Shown here piece by piece: positions 28,601 to 38,294 of a DNA stretch of 64,000 nt. The stretch is taken from positions 124,001 to 188,000 of the IMG/VR virus record IMGVR_UViG_3300042868_005134; one strand, written 5' to 3'. The position numbers and the translations under genes are program-made. Every line of letters begins with the position of its first letter. Position 1 is the first letter of the stretch. Under the pieces are notes generated by a model, which saw nothing but the letters and a program-made list of their open reading frames with translations, made no database searches and was not told the DNA's origin.

Positions 28601-31600
28601 CCGTTACGGTTGTAGTGGCAGTGACAGTTAGTTGTGTTGCGGCATTATCTTCAACAAAGTCAGGCGCACCGTTAGTAGCAACAAAGGTCTCGCCGCCAAA
28701 TAAGTTTGTATAAATGCGTTTTTCAATAGCATTAACTAATATTTGAAAGCCTGATCCAGTGCCGTTACCAAATCCGCCTGCTACCGATACAGCAGATAGA
28801 GCATTACCTACAGCATAATTTGCTCCGCCAAATACAATGTCAACACCTGTTACTGCTCCAGCGGCCACTGTGATGTCTGCCAGGGCGCCAACACCAGTGC
28901 CTGAAACGTTGGTTAATGGAACACTGTAATATACTCCGTTGGTATATAATGTTCCGCCTGTTAGACCTGACAAATTGTTAACACTGGTAATTATGCCAGC
29001 ACGTAGTTCAATAAATTCCGCCTGTGCTTGATTATCAGCTGCAGTTAATACTGTACGTATTGAGCCTGTTTCTACAGCGGGAGTAAAGAATTTTAAAGTA
29101 GCTGTAGTTGTACTTGCCACTGTACTAGTTGCTGGAAACGTAACTGTAAAAGTTCGTGGGTTAACTCCCATATTGACTACAGTAATCTTTGAACCTAATG
29201 GTATAGTTCCAGCTGTATCAAATACAAAGTCGCCTACCGTGATGGTTCCGGTTAAGCTGGCTGATGCCACACTACCAGTCATTGTTAATGCACTAGATGC
29301 GCCTGCTAGTGTGGCTGTTGCTGTGGTGCTAGCACTAGTTGAGCTGTCGGCAGCAGTATTTGTGTAATAAAATTCAGTAGTACTTGTTACGGTAATAGTC
29401 GCAGTTGCTGAAAAACTTGAAGTTGTTGCACTAATTTTAACTTCATTGTTTGTTATAAAATTATGAACTAGTGCGCTTGTGATGTAAGCATTGTTGTTAT
29501 ATCTAAATGCCGCACTGATAGTTCCATTAGTAAATATTGGACTTGCTGTATTTTCAGTGATTAAATATTGTCCAGTTGTTGAAATACGTAGAAAATAGTT
29601 ATTAGTTGATGAAGCAGCGGCTGTTACCGCACTTGGATTTACTGCTGTGTTAGTAGTACTAGGAGTTCTATCAGTGCCTATAATCAATGTATTGGCCGAA
29701 GCGGTAAATGGTGTGTTGAAGTTTGCTCCAACGCTGCCCACAATAATTGCACTGGCAGCAGTGTAGTCTGCTTTGGTAATACCACTAGCACCACCGTAAT
29801 AAATTGTACCTTGTACTGTGGCAGTGCCAGGATTAATATTTGTGAATACTGTGAATGTACCTGCGGCTGCTCTATTAATTTTCCAAACACCGTTATAGGC
29901 AGCAGGAGTAACACCTTCAATTAACACATAAGTATTTGCTGTCAATGTGACAGCTCCGCTGTGTGTCACAGTAAATGTGTTGATGCCCGATGTAATTGCA
30001 GTGGTGGCTGTATTAGCTGTAGTTTGTATAACAACAGATCCAATAGGAGCTGTAACAACTCCGCCTGTCAATGTTAATTCTTGTTGATAGAAATTTTCTG
30101 TAGCAATGTCACCTGATAATATGTCGCTTGCTGGAATGTTGTCAACTTGTATCAAACGGCTGTCGATACCATTTGAACTCCAACTGGTAAAACTACGGCT
30201 AGTTGGAATCAAATCGCTATTAATTTGTCCGTTACTGTTTAGTTGTACCAGCGAACCTGGGATTGCGTTAGTGCTTACGCTCTTATCTAATACATTACCC
30301 AAGTGAGTTTGAAAATATGTATAGGTTGCTAGTTGTGTACTGAGCCTAGAGTGTTTTGGTCCACCAGGTTCATCATTGCCAAGCTCAGGATCAACACTAA
30401 TACTTTCAACAGTTACGCCGCCAACTCCGAGACGCAACACATCTAGTGTGTCAACTGTGATTTTGTTTGTGAATGTTACGTTACCAGTTCTGTTAAAGGC
30501 TGTAATAAAAGTGCCAACTTTAAAGTCGCCTAGTTCGTTAGTACCCGATGTATAAACTCGACCAGCAGCTTCACTTACCTGTTCGTATGCTGATACAGTT
30601 TTACCACCGTTTTGCGGTAACGCATTGTAATCTGTGCCGCTGCCTGCATATTCCCAAGTATGGCTTGAGCTGTTGGTAATACTGGGTCTATGGAACCAAA
30701 TTTCTTTACCCGGTAATGTTACAACATTGGTATATGATCCGCCAATTAGTGAAGGGGCAATTTCAAAATCAGCACCGTATAAATCTGTTCTAGCAGTTGC
30801 TGTACTCACGGTGTAGGTTACACTTACACCTGCAACTTGTGTAATTGAGCTTGCTGCTGTAAACACATTACGAGTTTCAGTAAGTCCAATAGTTACTTTA
30901 TTAATGTTTAACGTTAATGTTCGTGTTCCGCTGACATAACTGTAGACGTAGCCTTTGCTGGGGAATCCGCCAGTAGTACCTTCAACTAAGTCTCCTATAA
31001 CAAACGTGTAGCCGCTTGGGCTTCCTGCTGCTAGAACAAGGGTTTGAAATGTATTATGTGTGTCTGTAACAGCATTAACAAACATATCATAATCTTGTCT
31101 AATAAAATTTTGTGTGCCAACACCCGCAAAGGTAATGTCGACTAATTTTGTTAAACTATTATCGTAGTATAATTGAAACGTGTCATTTGTTAATTTCTTA
31201 ACATAAAAAATGTCGCCGTCAAATATATTTCCCAATTGTGTAGTGCCGTTAGACTCATAAGATATCTGATCTTGATTTAATAAACCGTGAGCTACTATGG
31301 TAAATGTATCAGTGCCTATATCGATAGCTGTGGCAGAATTAAAACTAACACTTAGATAATTTCCCAATGCTGTTTTATAACTATTTGTCAAGTTGGCATT
31401 TGTTGTTGGATCATAAATTTGAATAACAAACTCTTCAACAGGACCATTAATGCGAGTCCAACCGAACGCTGTAATTGTTTGTATACTACCGGTTGTTCCC
31501 GTAGTGCCAATGTATCCTTTGTCAAAGGCAAAAGCGTTAGGACTAAATCCGCTGGCACGTAAAGCATATAATCCAAAGTTAGTAGCTGAGTTGGTAATAG

Positions 31601-32810
31601 AACAGTAGCCGCCAGACTGCGTGTACGTTCCGTTCAACATGAAAATCTGGAAACATGATACTAATTGTACATAAGCATCGTTAATAACTCGCCAGCCGGT
31701 GCCTCCAAAGCTCAACATGGTAAAGGCGTTGGCCACCATAGATTTACCTTGTTCAGGTGCTGCTCCGCTTATTGGATTTTCTGATTCAATCTGATTAGTT
31801 GGTGTGTTGGGTGTAACCACTAAACTACCGTCAACTAGTACACCACTGGCTCCTAAAAATGATAATAGTGTACAGTTTTGAATATATGGTGACTGACTAA
31901 TTATAGGTTTAGTGCTTGGTAGGTAAGTGTAACCTACTCGACTGGTTGTAGTATCCAGTGGATTATCAAATGACACAGCATACGCAAATGAGTAGGCAGG
32001 AATACCAGAGCTTAATCCATCTTTAAAAGTTACTTCACCAAAATAGCAACCGTTGCGCACACGTAACAAATCTCTGTTAGCATTCAACGGACGAATGCTA
32101 ACTGAACGTAAGCTATCGCCTTTAACTGTTACGTTGTCTGGAACAATAATAGGATTATTTTCAACATAGTCGCCTGCTGATACTATAACGTTAATTCTAA
32201 CACCATTAACAGCACTGCCTGATGTATAAACTAAGCCCGATGCTATTTGTAATCCTCGTTTAATTGTCAATACAGGTGCGCTTATACCGTCATTGAGGTC
32301 ATTACCTTTAGTGGCACTAACGTAAACTCGGTTACTGCCGAATGTATCTGAATCTATCCAGCCTAGTTGTCCACTGCCATCTGTCTTTAATATTTGATTT
32401 AGTAGTCCTGTAGCAGTTGGCAATGTAAGAGTGTAAGACGATGCTAAATTATCTGCGGCCTTTATACCTGTGTAGTTTACACCGTTGACCGTTAATTCTT
32501 TTAATTGTAATGTACTAGCATTGTCAAGACTAGTATTTTGTGTTAAACTAATCTGAGTACTAGTTGCTGTAAGTACTGTTGTGCCATCAGCTACGGCTGT
32601 AACAGTACCGTCAGTGCCTGTATCACTTACTGTTACGTTTGTATTTTTTTTGTATATGCTTGCTGTAACGTCGACCACTGTGCCGGCGTCATTCTTCATA
32701 TAAATCTTAGCGTCTGCTGTGTTTAGACCTAATTCGCCTGCTGATAAATCACCCGCTAAAGGTACTTTGTCAGCCACGCTGCTGCGTTTGTGTATAATCT
32801 TTGTTGCCAT
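25632..32810 (-). CDS. Very large fibre / tail structural protein (2392 aa) with beta-helix-like domain
   Basis: N-terminal 'KRSSVADKVP...L.AGELGLNTAD.KIY' fibre-attachment motif; 'YVSATKGND.NDG...GDY.ENNPI.VP..V.V.GDSLRSVSIRP' (pectin-lyase-like); several 'HG(F/L)xxGD' repeats. Confidence 0.75.
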   Translation of the reverse strand: MATKIIHKRSSVADKVPLAGDLSAGELGLNTADAKIYMKNDAGTVVDVTASIYKKNTNVTVSDTGTDGTVTAVADGTTVLTATSTQISLTQNTSLDNASTLQLKELTVNGVNYTGIKAADNLASSYTLTLPTATGLLNQILKTDGSGQLGWIDSDTFGSNRVYVSATKGNDLNDGISAPVLTIKRGLQIASGLVYTSGSAVNGVRINVIVSAGDYVENNPIIVPDNVTVKGDSLRSVSIRPLNANRDLLRVRNGCYFGEVTFKDGLSSGIPAYSFAYAVSFDNPLDTTTSRVGYTYLPSTKPIISQSPYIQNCTLLSFLGASGVLVDGSLVVTPNTPTNQIESENPISGAAPEQGKSMVANAFTMLSFGGTGWRVINDAYVQLVSCFQIFMLNGTYTQSGGYCSITNSATNFGLYALRASGFSPNAFAFDKGYIGTTGTTGSIQTITAFGWTRINGPVEEFVIQIYDPTTNANLTNSYKTALGNYLSVSFNSATAIDIGTDTFTIVAHGLLNQDQISYESNGTTQLGNIFDGDIFYVKKLTNDTFQLYYDNSLTKLVDITFAGVGTQNFIRQDYDMFVNAVTDTHNTFQTLVLAAGSPSGYTFVIGDLVEGTTGGFPSKGYVYSYVSGTRTLTLNINKVTIGLTETRNVFTAASSITQVAGVSVTYTVSTATARTDLYGADFEIAPSLIGGSYTNVVTLPGKEIWFHRPSITNSSSHTWEYAGSGTDYNALPQNGGKTVSAYEQVSEAAGRVYTSGTNELGDFKVGTFITAFNRTGNVTFTNKITVDTLDVLRLGVGGVTVESISVDPELGNDEPGGPKHSRLSTQLATYTYFQTHLGNVLDKSVSTNAIPGSLVQLNSNGQINSDLIPTSRSFTSWSSNGIDSRLIQVDNIPASDILSGDIATENFYQQELTLTGGVVTAPIGSVVIQTTANTATTAITSGINTFTVTHSGAVTLTANTYVLIEGVTPAAYNGVWKINRAAAGTFTVFTNINPGTATVQGTIYYGGASGITKADYTAASAIIVGSVGANFNTPFTASANTLIIGTDRTPSTTNTAVNPSAVTAAASSTNNYFLRISTTGQYLITENTASPIFTNGTISAAFRYNNNAYITSALVHNFITNNEVKISATTSSFSATATITVTSTTEFYYTNTAADSSTSASTTATATLAGASSALTMTGSVASASLTGTITVGDFVFDTAGTIPLGSKITVVNMGVNPRTFTVTFPATSTVASTTTATLKFFTPAVETGSIRTVLTAADNQAQAEFIELRAGIITSVNNLSGLTGGTLYTNGVYYSVPLTNVSGTGVGALADITVAAGAVTGVDIVFGGANYAVGNALSAVSVAGGFGNGTGSGFQILVNAIEKRIYTNLFGGETFVATNGAPDFVEDNAATQLTVTATTTVTATFNAASTGSGGGVDTVLNRITTLALHGFTNGDPVIYSPGTDPAVGGLISGNVYYAKVITTSTIELYNNYSLGTIQVLSSSTGTGHTFTRKTVDIVNNTITVPAHGFTTGDAFQIIGSSLPEQSSVQITSGRHFFVGSITTNSFSIHELRSDALDSTAGVTIGAVDLTATGSGTITFIKNSIKITGVVNTSSQTRGNWNSLVATTIDASNIVSGIIATSRLATGSASSSTFLRGDSIWSTVVQSAALAASSALTLTGSGSSPYYGALTFDVTKVNSTGAVGNYTSPGVASFNTVQFSVGLGSSLGEGQVLIKDNVIDAGTLQTKNLAYVLDSANHTTQPVSVGGTGLVTYTQGDTLYASASATLNKLNIGVANTVMTSSGTAPQWSPGLTIAKSYDATGAAITTSSTAQAFVFDANTKAVSIGSAASSVVIGSNTASEAFTTNVKSYTTGGSAIVTVTANVGLTGVISTVARNGSNVATIATTTNHGLISTDTVTIVCGDAGFNTVNAVVTVTSLTTFTYANTGATVVSTAGTGSVFIGATGMSLGTASTNADTFLMFGSSPIAAGVRTGMLVQGNAFIPAGTTVSGVDAARVYLSSAVTGIITVTTPIAFTDTNTSLGIRTGDQVTVASSGDTNINGTWPVTSASATSTTFSFKITTATTQSNLARVGTIVRESTIVLRNRNITLGSSEASVAPVTSTLKGENAVGTNIAGANIIIQSGANTGNSMAGGSIKFKTPSQGSSGDEQQVMTERMRIDQSGVSNQLDLETSMSTANVFNQIVGTVNFAGSATTLALANSSSSATAINIATNATGGASTLTFGGAVTGNIVKIKSTTAGTVNLTSDVTTGTVNIYTGVTTGTINIGSTTSTLAIGTLSLNGQAYESSSETASIVASAPTVVSTFPIATYRSAKYILQVTCTAGTDSGNYQVSEILTIHNGTTAQMTDYGVVKTGNSLVVFTAAVNGANLELSAQSTAGNTIKVRVVRTLNTI

Positions 32811-32831
32811 TCTGCTATTCCTAAAAAGGTT

Positions 32832-32883
32832 GGGTCAGGTCTTTCGACGCCCTGCGGGTCAGGTCTAGTTTCCTAGACGCCCT
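32832..32883 (-). ncRNA. Tandem structured RNA motif in the intergenic leader of the 2392-aa gene (candidate cis-regulatory element)
   Basis: Two units of AGGG-C-GUC(UAG)-GAAA-(CUA)GAC-CUGA-CCC at 32883-32856 and 32853-32832. Confidence 0.55.
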
Positions 32884-35800
32884 TTAATAACTACCACCAT
32901 CTATCGTATCTGTCCATACTGGAACGTTACTCACGTCCGTTGTTAAAATTCCATAACTTGTTGTCGCGTTACTTCCTGGAACACTTGCGGCTGTTACTGC
33001 TAGTCCGCTAGCATTCTGTCCGTAAATTACACCGTTGGTTGTAAAACTACTTTGTCCTGTTCCACCATACTGTACTGCTAAATCAGTTGTTAATGTTAGT
33101 ACACCAATATTTACCGTGCTGGTTGCACTGCCTAGATTGATTGTGCTTGCGCCAGCGCCTGCTACGTTTAATGTACCAGTAGTAATGTTATTGAATAAGT
33201 TAACTGATCCAGTTGTAACATCGCTGTTCAATGTAACAGCGCCTGCTGCTGTTCCGGCAATCTTTAAACTGTTACCAGTAAATGCTCCGCCAACTACTGC
33301 ACCAGTAGTAGCTGTAGTACTGTTACCTAAATTAATAGTACCGCTATTAGCAATATTAACTGTGCCAGTTACACTTTGCCAAGCATTAACTGTGCCGCTG
33401 GTAACATCGGTTGTTAAATTAATTGTACCTGCTGCAGTCGAACCAATTTTAAATATGTTACCAGTAATAGCTGGACCAATTGTTATTGTACTCAATGCCG
33501 CTGCACTTGTTCCAATATTAACCGTTGTCGACACACCGAATAGATTGCCTGTTAAAATATTTGTGTTGAAAACACTAGCTGTGCCAGTATTTGAACTTAC
33601 AATACTTGGATTGGTGCCGTTCATATTAAATGTTGCGGCATTAGTACCTGTAATCGTTTGATTGCCAATGGTCAATGTGCCAGTAGCAGCGCCCATGGCA
33701 ATAGTTGTGGCTGCGCCAGCAAAATTAACAGTAGTGGCAGTACTATTTAAAATATTAAATGTAGTGGCAGATGTGGTTAGGTCGCCACCGTCAATGTTGG
33801 CGTCACCGTCTACATCAAGATTGCTAATTACAGTTAAGTTATCTCCAACTGTCAAATTCTTAGCAATGCCAACACCGCCTGTAAATTGTGCTGAACCCGA
33901 AGCCGCTGTACCTAATGTGTTGTCGGTTGTGTTCTTAACTAATAGTTTTGGTGTTGCTTCAATTGTAACACTTTCGCTTGTATTAGTTGTTACAGCCGTG
34001 ATATATGTTTGTGTGTTTTCTTTAATTTGAAAAGCAACGGCTGTATTGTCTGGAACGTCCACTGTTGTACTGCCACTAATAGTGTGTGTATCAGCTGTCC
34101 TATCGTCACCTAATGTTGTATTTCCTGCAACGTTTAAGTTTTGTCCAACAAACAAACTTTTAGCAATACCCACGCCACCTGCAAAAGTTGTGCTAGCAAC
34201 ACTAATACTAGACGAGTCTACAGTATTTAAGAATTCATATTTAGGTATAGTTCCAAACGTTATTAATTCTATACTATTACTAGTATTAATCTTAATATAA
34301 TTATTGGTATTTTCTTTTATAGTGAAGATATCAGCAACATTATCTTTTAAATCTACAGTTAATTTGCCATTGATAGTGTTTACACTATCAGTATTAAGCC
34401 CTAATCTAGAATTGATATCAACTTCAAAATTATTGAGAACAGATGTTGTACCAGTATTAGATCCAAATTTGATTATTGTTGCTGCACCGAATGCGTTAAT
34501 AGTAGTGGCCGATGTATTAGCAAGATTAAATGTTGCTGAACTTACCGTTAGGTCGCCGCCATCGATGTTGATATCCCCGTCCACATCAAGGTTGTGATTG
34601 ATGTTAGTAGTTCCGGTTGACGACCCAATTTCAATAACGGTTGCCGAGCTAGCAAAATTAACAGTTGTAACGGTATCATTTATCAAATTAAAAGTAGTTT
34701 GATTAGTGGTTAAATCTCCTCCTTTAATTTGTAAATCACCATCTAATACTACGTTATCATTTTTAATTGTTACTGTGCCAGCGGCGCCTGCTGCTCCAAT
34801 AGCTATGGTAGTTGCTGCACCGAATGTGTTAACAGTTGTAACGGTATCATTTATCAAATTAAAAGTAGTTTGATTAGTGGTTAAATCTCCTCCTTTAACT
34901 TGTAAATCACCGTCTAATACTACATTATCATTTTTGATTGTTATTGTGCCACTGGCACCGGCCGCTCCAATAGCTATGGTAGTTGCTGCACCAAATAGAT
35001 TGCCTGTTAAAATATTTGTGTTGAAAACACTAGCTGTGCCAGTTGAACTAGTAACAATACTTGGACTTACTCCGTTCATGTTGAATGAAGTAGCGTTGGT
35101 CCCTGTAATGGTTGTATTGCCAATGGTCAATGTGCCAGTAGCAGCACCTATACCGATAGTTGTGGCCGCACCGGCAAAATTAACAGTAGTGGCGGTACTA
35201 TTTAAAATATTAAATGTAGTAGCAGTCGTGGTTAGGTCGCCGCCGTTTACTTCGACGTCTAATGAAAATGTTACTGGTCCTACAATAGTTTGAGCAGCAC
35301 TCTGTACTTTGTTTAGATAATTGTTTTGAACATAGACCGCAACAGCATGTTGAGTTGGCGCTGTGTTGACATCTTGTAAACCGTTACTGGCCAATAAACT
35401 TGTATTATCACTAACTTCTCTAAGTTGTACACCAACTGGAATACCATTACGTTTAAATGGACCAATTGCTGCCAATCCTTGTAGGTTAATGTTTTCTGCA
35501 TCAATTGTTACTTCACCAGTGATAGCGTTAACACTGAAGAATTCACCAATGCGATAATTTCCAATTTGGTCGCTGGTTACAGTAAAACATTTTCCGTTGT
35601 TGATTTCAATACGTTCGTTCGATGGAACAGGTTCACCGCCAAAGAACGGTAACGCATTATAAGTAACGCCAGCGCCTACGTATTCCATAGCTGTACTAGC
35701 TGTGGACACAGTGGATACGTTATGGAATCTTACATCCGTCAAGGCCAGCGCATTCTGAATAGGAGGAAACATAGTTACTTCCACTGAGCCGCCGTATGCA

Positions 35801-38292
35801 TCATTTAAAAAGTCAATAACACTTTCTTGAATAGTTGAAATTGTCGGGAATACAGTATTTGAAATACCGTACATTGTAGCATCACCGTAGCTGTAATTAG
35901 GCAATACTATAAGTTCGGGAACATAGCCAGTTCCATGATCTACAACATTTATAATATATTCTAGTAAATCTTCAGCTGTACTTGCTGGTCCATTAGGGTC
36001 TACGGGAGATCCTACAGATCCAAAACTTTGTGGCGTAGTGTTTCCTACACTAGGAGTTACAGTTTGATTTTTGACAATCCTACCAATTATAGTCTGCCAG
36101 TACTCGTATGCTGCCTGCGTTTCTTCAATTTGACCGGCAATGACGCTACCTTCAGCATAAGCCAGTGCAGCATTTCTAGTTTGTCCATTGCCTTCATAGG
36201 TTAAATCATATGCTATAGCGTCAATAATATATTCTATATCCCGTTTACAAGTGGCAACATCATAGGTGAATACTGGAAAATTAACGGTAATCCATGCTTC
36301 AATTTCATCTTTAATAAAGTTTTTGTTAGCTACTAATAGTGTAGCAGCTTCAGTAAATCCTGGCAATCGTGTGGCAGTAAATGGAATATTGATACTAGGT
36401 GCTGCCGAAGCACCAAGATTAATAATGTTAACAATGGTGTTGAACAAACTAGTAACTCTCGACGTTGCAGTTGCGTTGGCAACCACGCTGGCATTTGCTA
36501 GTACATCTGTTTTTGCTTGTTGTATACCAGCAATAGTTTGTGCTTTTTGTAAGCTAGTTACTTTGCTAGAATAGCTTCTTAAATATGATAGGCCTGCGTA
36601 AACACTTTGATGATTACTGTTAAAAACCATATCGCCTAATACTGCGCTGATGATATAACCCACGTCACGTCGACATTTTTGTTCGTCGTATCTAAAAGTA
36701 AATGTAGGAGAACCAGTTGCTGAAATATAATAAGCTGTAGGATCGTTTCCTAAAAACATTATGCTACCAATTTGAGGTTTATTAGAAATTTCATAAACAT
36801 CGATGGTTAAATTTTTAGCTAGATTTATAATAGCACCAGCTGTCACCGTGGGTGATCCGCCGCCACTAAATGATATGGTTGGCTGAAAGTCATAACCCGA
36901 GCCAGCATTATCTACTTGTATCGAAACTACTTTTTGTAAAATTGGATCAATAACTGCTGTGGCTGTGGCTGTAATGCCGCCTGGTGTTGTTGGTGACTGT
37001 ATAGTAACGCTAGGTGCCACAGTATAGCCAGCGCCTTCTTCGCTTATGGTGATAGAACCAACTGTTGAGTAATAATCGCTGTTTAATACTCCGGTAGCAT
37101 ACGGAGTAGGATAATAACCGTCAGCTACGAATGCTTTCTCTCCAAAGTCGCACACGCTGTTTGAAATACTTAGATAACCGCCTTTTGTGGTATAAAATGC
37201 TTTACTACAAAATACCGCAAAACAACTAACTAACTGCATGTAACCAAAATTAGTGATATGGAATCCTATGCCGCCTTGACTAACTTGGGTAAACGCATCG
37301 CCTACCATAGATTTGATTGGACTTTGACTATTATATTTGTCGCCGTCAATCAGCATACCACCACCACCGCCCTCAACATTAATACCATAGCTGTTTACTT
37401 GTGTTGGATCAATTTCGTTATCCAACAATGGTCGAGGGCCAGTAACCATAGTTCCGTTTGTGTCAGGTTGTTCTGTTTGGAATGGTAGCCATTCAACGCC
37501 ATTACGCATCCAGGGACCATTGATGTTACTACAGTTTTGTACATACGGGCTAGTGTCGACTATAGCATCGCTGTCTATGGCAAATGCATACGCAGGGGCC
37601 TGAAGACCTTTAATTACAAGTTGTGCTACGTAGTCAGCACTGTTGAGATGAAATAAATCAAAACCTTTTTTAACCGTGCCTGTGGCAGACGCACTGGCAA
37701 TATTTGTTCCAAAATCTCTGTACCTAAAAGTTGTTAAAGTTGGTGTGTCTATAACATTTGCTGCGGTATCATCGATACTGGGGAAAGTCGCACAGTCAAC
37801 TCTAACTCTATCTGCCGAAGTTAATCCGTGATTGGTCAGTGTAGTGACTGTGACATACCCGTCTGTTCTATCAACATTAGTAATTGTATAAGTTATTGGG
37901 CCGTTAAGTGGTCTAATAATTGTTGTGCGTAGTGTGTCGCCTACAATAGAAACTTTAGGAGGTACACGTATAGGATTGTCTTCTTCATATTCGCCGCTGC
38001 GTACATAGATAGTTGTACCTTGTTGTGCCACGGCACATGCGGCCTTCAGTGTTCGTTTAGCTTGATTAGGGCCTTCACCTAGGCCGTCGTTGGCGTCGTT
38101 ACCATCTAGGGTAACATACATCACATTTGAGACTGTGGGTCCTGGAATACCAAATCCTGCTCCAAAAACAAGATTACCGTTGATCAATACGTCACTGGTA
38201 GGATTAAACTCTATATTACCATCAGCTTTTTGAAGAATGGTATCGTCTAAAAAACTTTGGGGATTTACATTATGTCTGCGTAAATATTTCAT
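32884..38292 (-). CDS. Large fibre / tail structural protein (1802 aa) with beta-helix-like domain and 57-aa repeats
   Basis: Shares 'YV..DGND.NDG...SGEY.E.NPI.VP..VSIVGD.LR' and 'SPY.QNC' with the 2392-aa protein; 'DGDLQVKGGDLTT' repeats; ends 'IDGGSY'. Confidence 0.75.
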   Translation of the reverse strand: MKYLRRHNVNPQSFLDDTILQKADGNIEFNPTSDVLINGNLVFGAGFGIPGPTVSNVMYVTLDGNDANDGLGEGPNQAKRTLKAACAVAQQGTTIYVRSGEYEEDNPIRVPPKVSIVGDTLRTTIIRPLNGPITYTITNVDRTDGYVTVTTLTNHGLTSADRVRVDCATFPSIDDTAANVIDTPTLTTFRYRDFGTNIASASATGTVKKGFDLFHLNSADYVAQLVIKGLQAPAYAFAIDSDAIVDTSPYVQNCSNINGPWMRNGVEWLPFQTEQPDTNGTMVTGPRPLLDNEIDPTQVNSYGINVEGGGGGMLIDGDKYNSQSPIKSMVGDAFTQVSQGGIGFHITNFGYMQLVSCFAVFCSKAFYTTKGGYLSISNSVCDFGEKAFVADGYYPTPYATGVLNSDYYSTVGSITISEEGAGYTVAPSVTIQSPTTPGGITATATAVIDPILQKVVSIQVDNAGSGYDFQPTISFSGGGSPTVTAGAIINLAKNLTIDVYEISNKPQIGSIMFLGNDPTAYYISATGSPTFTFRYDEQKCRRDVGYIISAVLGDMVFNSNHQSVYAGLSYLRSYSSKVTSLQKAQTIAGIQQAKTDVLANASVVANATATSRVTSLFNTIVNIINLGASAAPSINIPFTATRLPGFTEAATLLVANKNFIKDEIEAWITVNFPVFTYDVATCKRDIEYIIDAIAYDLTYEGNGQTRNAALAYAEGSVIAGQIEETQAAYEYWQTIIGRIVKNQTVTPSVGNTTPQSFGSVGSPVDPNGPASTAEDLLEYIINVVDHGTGYVPELIVLPNYSYGDATMYGISNTVFPTISTIQESVIDFLNDAYGGSVEVTMFPPIQNALALTDVRFHNVSTVSTASTAMEYVGAGVTYNALPFFGGEPVPSNERIEINNGKCFTVTSDQIGNYRIGEFFSVNAITGEVTIDAENINLQGLAAIGPFKRNGIPVGVQLREVSDNTSLLASNGLQDVNTAPTQHAVAVYVQNNYLNKVQSAAQTIVGPVTFSLDVEVNGGDLTTTATTFNILNSTATTVNFAGAATTIGIGAATGTLTIGNTTITGTNATSFNMNGVSPSIVTSSTGTASVFNTNILTGNLFGAATTIAIGAAGASGTITIKNDNVVLDGDLQVKGGDLTTNQTTFNLINDTVTTVNTFGAATTIAIGAAGAAGTVTIKNDNVVLDGDLQIKGGDLTTNQTTFNLINDTVTTVNFASSATVIEIGSSTGTTNINHNLDVDGDINIDGGDLTVSSATFNLANTSATTINAFGAATIIKFGSNTGTTSVLNNFEVDINSRLGLNTDSVNTINGKLTVDLKDNVADIFTIKENTNNYIKINTSNSIELITFGTIPKYEFLNTVDSSSISVASTTFAGGVGIAKSLFVGQNLNVAGNTTLGDDRTADTHTISGSTTVDVPDNTAVAFQIKENTQTYITAVTTNTSESVTIEATPKLLVKNTTDNTLGTAASGSAQFTGGVGIAKNLTVGDNLTVISNLDVDGDANIDGGDLTTSATTFNILNSTATTVNFAGAATTIAMGAATGTLTIGNQTITGTNAATFNMNGTNPSIVSSNTGTASVFNTNILTGNLFGVSTTVNIGTSAAALSTITIGPAITGNIFKIGSTAAGTINLTTDVTSGTVNAWQSVTGTVNIANSGTINLGNSTTATTGAVVGGAFTGNSLKIAGTAAGAVTLNSDVTTGSVNLFNNITTGTLNVAGAGASTINLGSATSTVNIGVLTLTTDLAVQYGGTGQSSFTTNGVIYGQNASGLAVTAASVPGSNATTSYGILTTDVSNVPVWTDTIDGGSY
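34658..34898. repeat. 171-bp period tandem repeat with 70-bp identical core
   Basis: 34658-34727 is identical to 34829-34898; additionally 33539-33588 is identical to 34994-35043. Confidence 0.85.
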
Positions 38293-38294
38293 AA

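Noticed and set aside
32832-32883. Hammerhead ribozyme, kink-turn, TIGR/CRISPR-like array or terminator
   Set aside because: CUGA and GAAA are present but the CUGANGA core and three-way junction are not; there are no tandem G-A pairs on both strands; only two units with no spacers; no U-tract directly after the stems.
22014-36574. Many long plus-strand ORFs opposite the fibre genes (e.g. 24871-25437, 33035-33661, 33662-34030, 34877-35293)
   Set aside because: Antisense shadows of Thr/Ala/Gly/Val-rich codons (V/P/A/T-rich mirror translations), fully inside well-supported minus-strand genes, with no SD or promoter.
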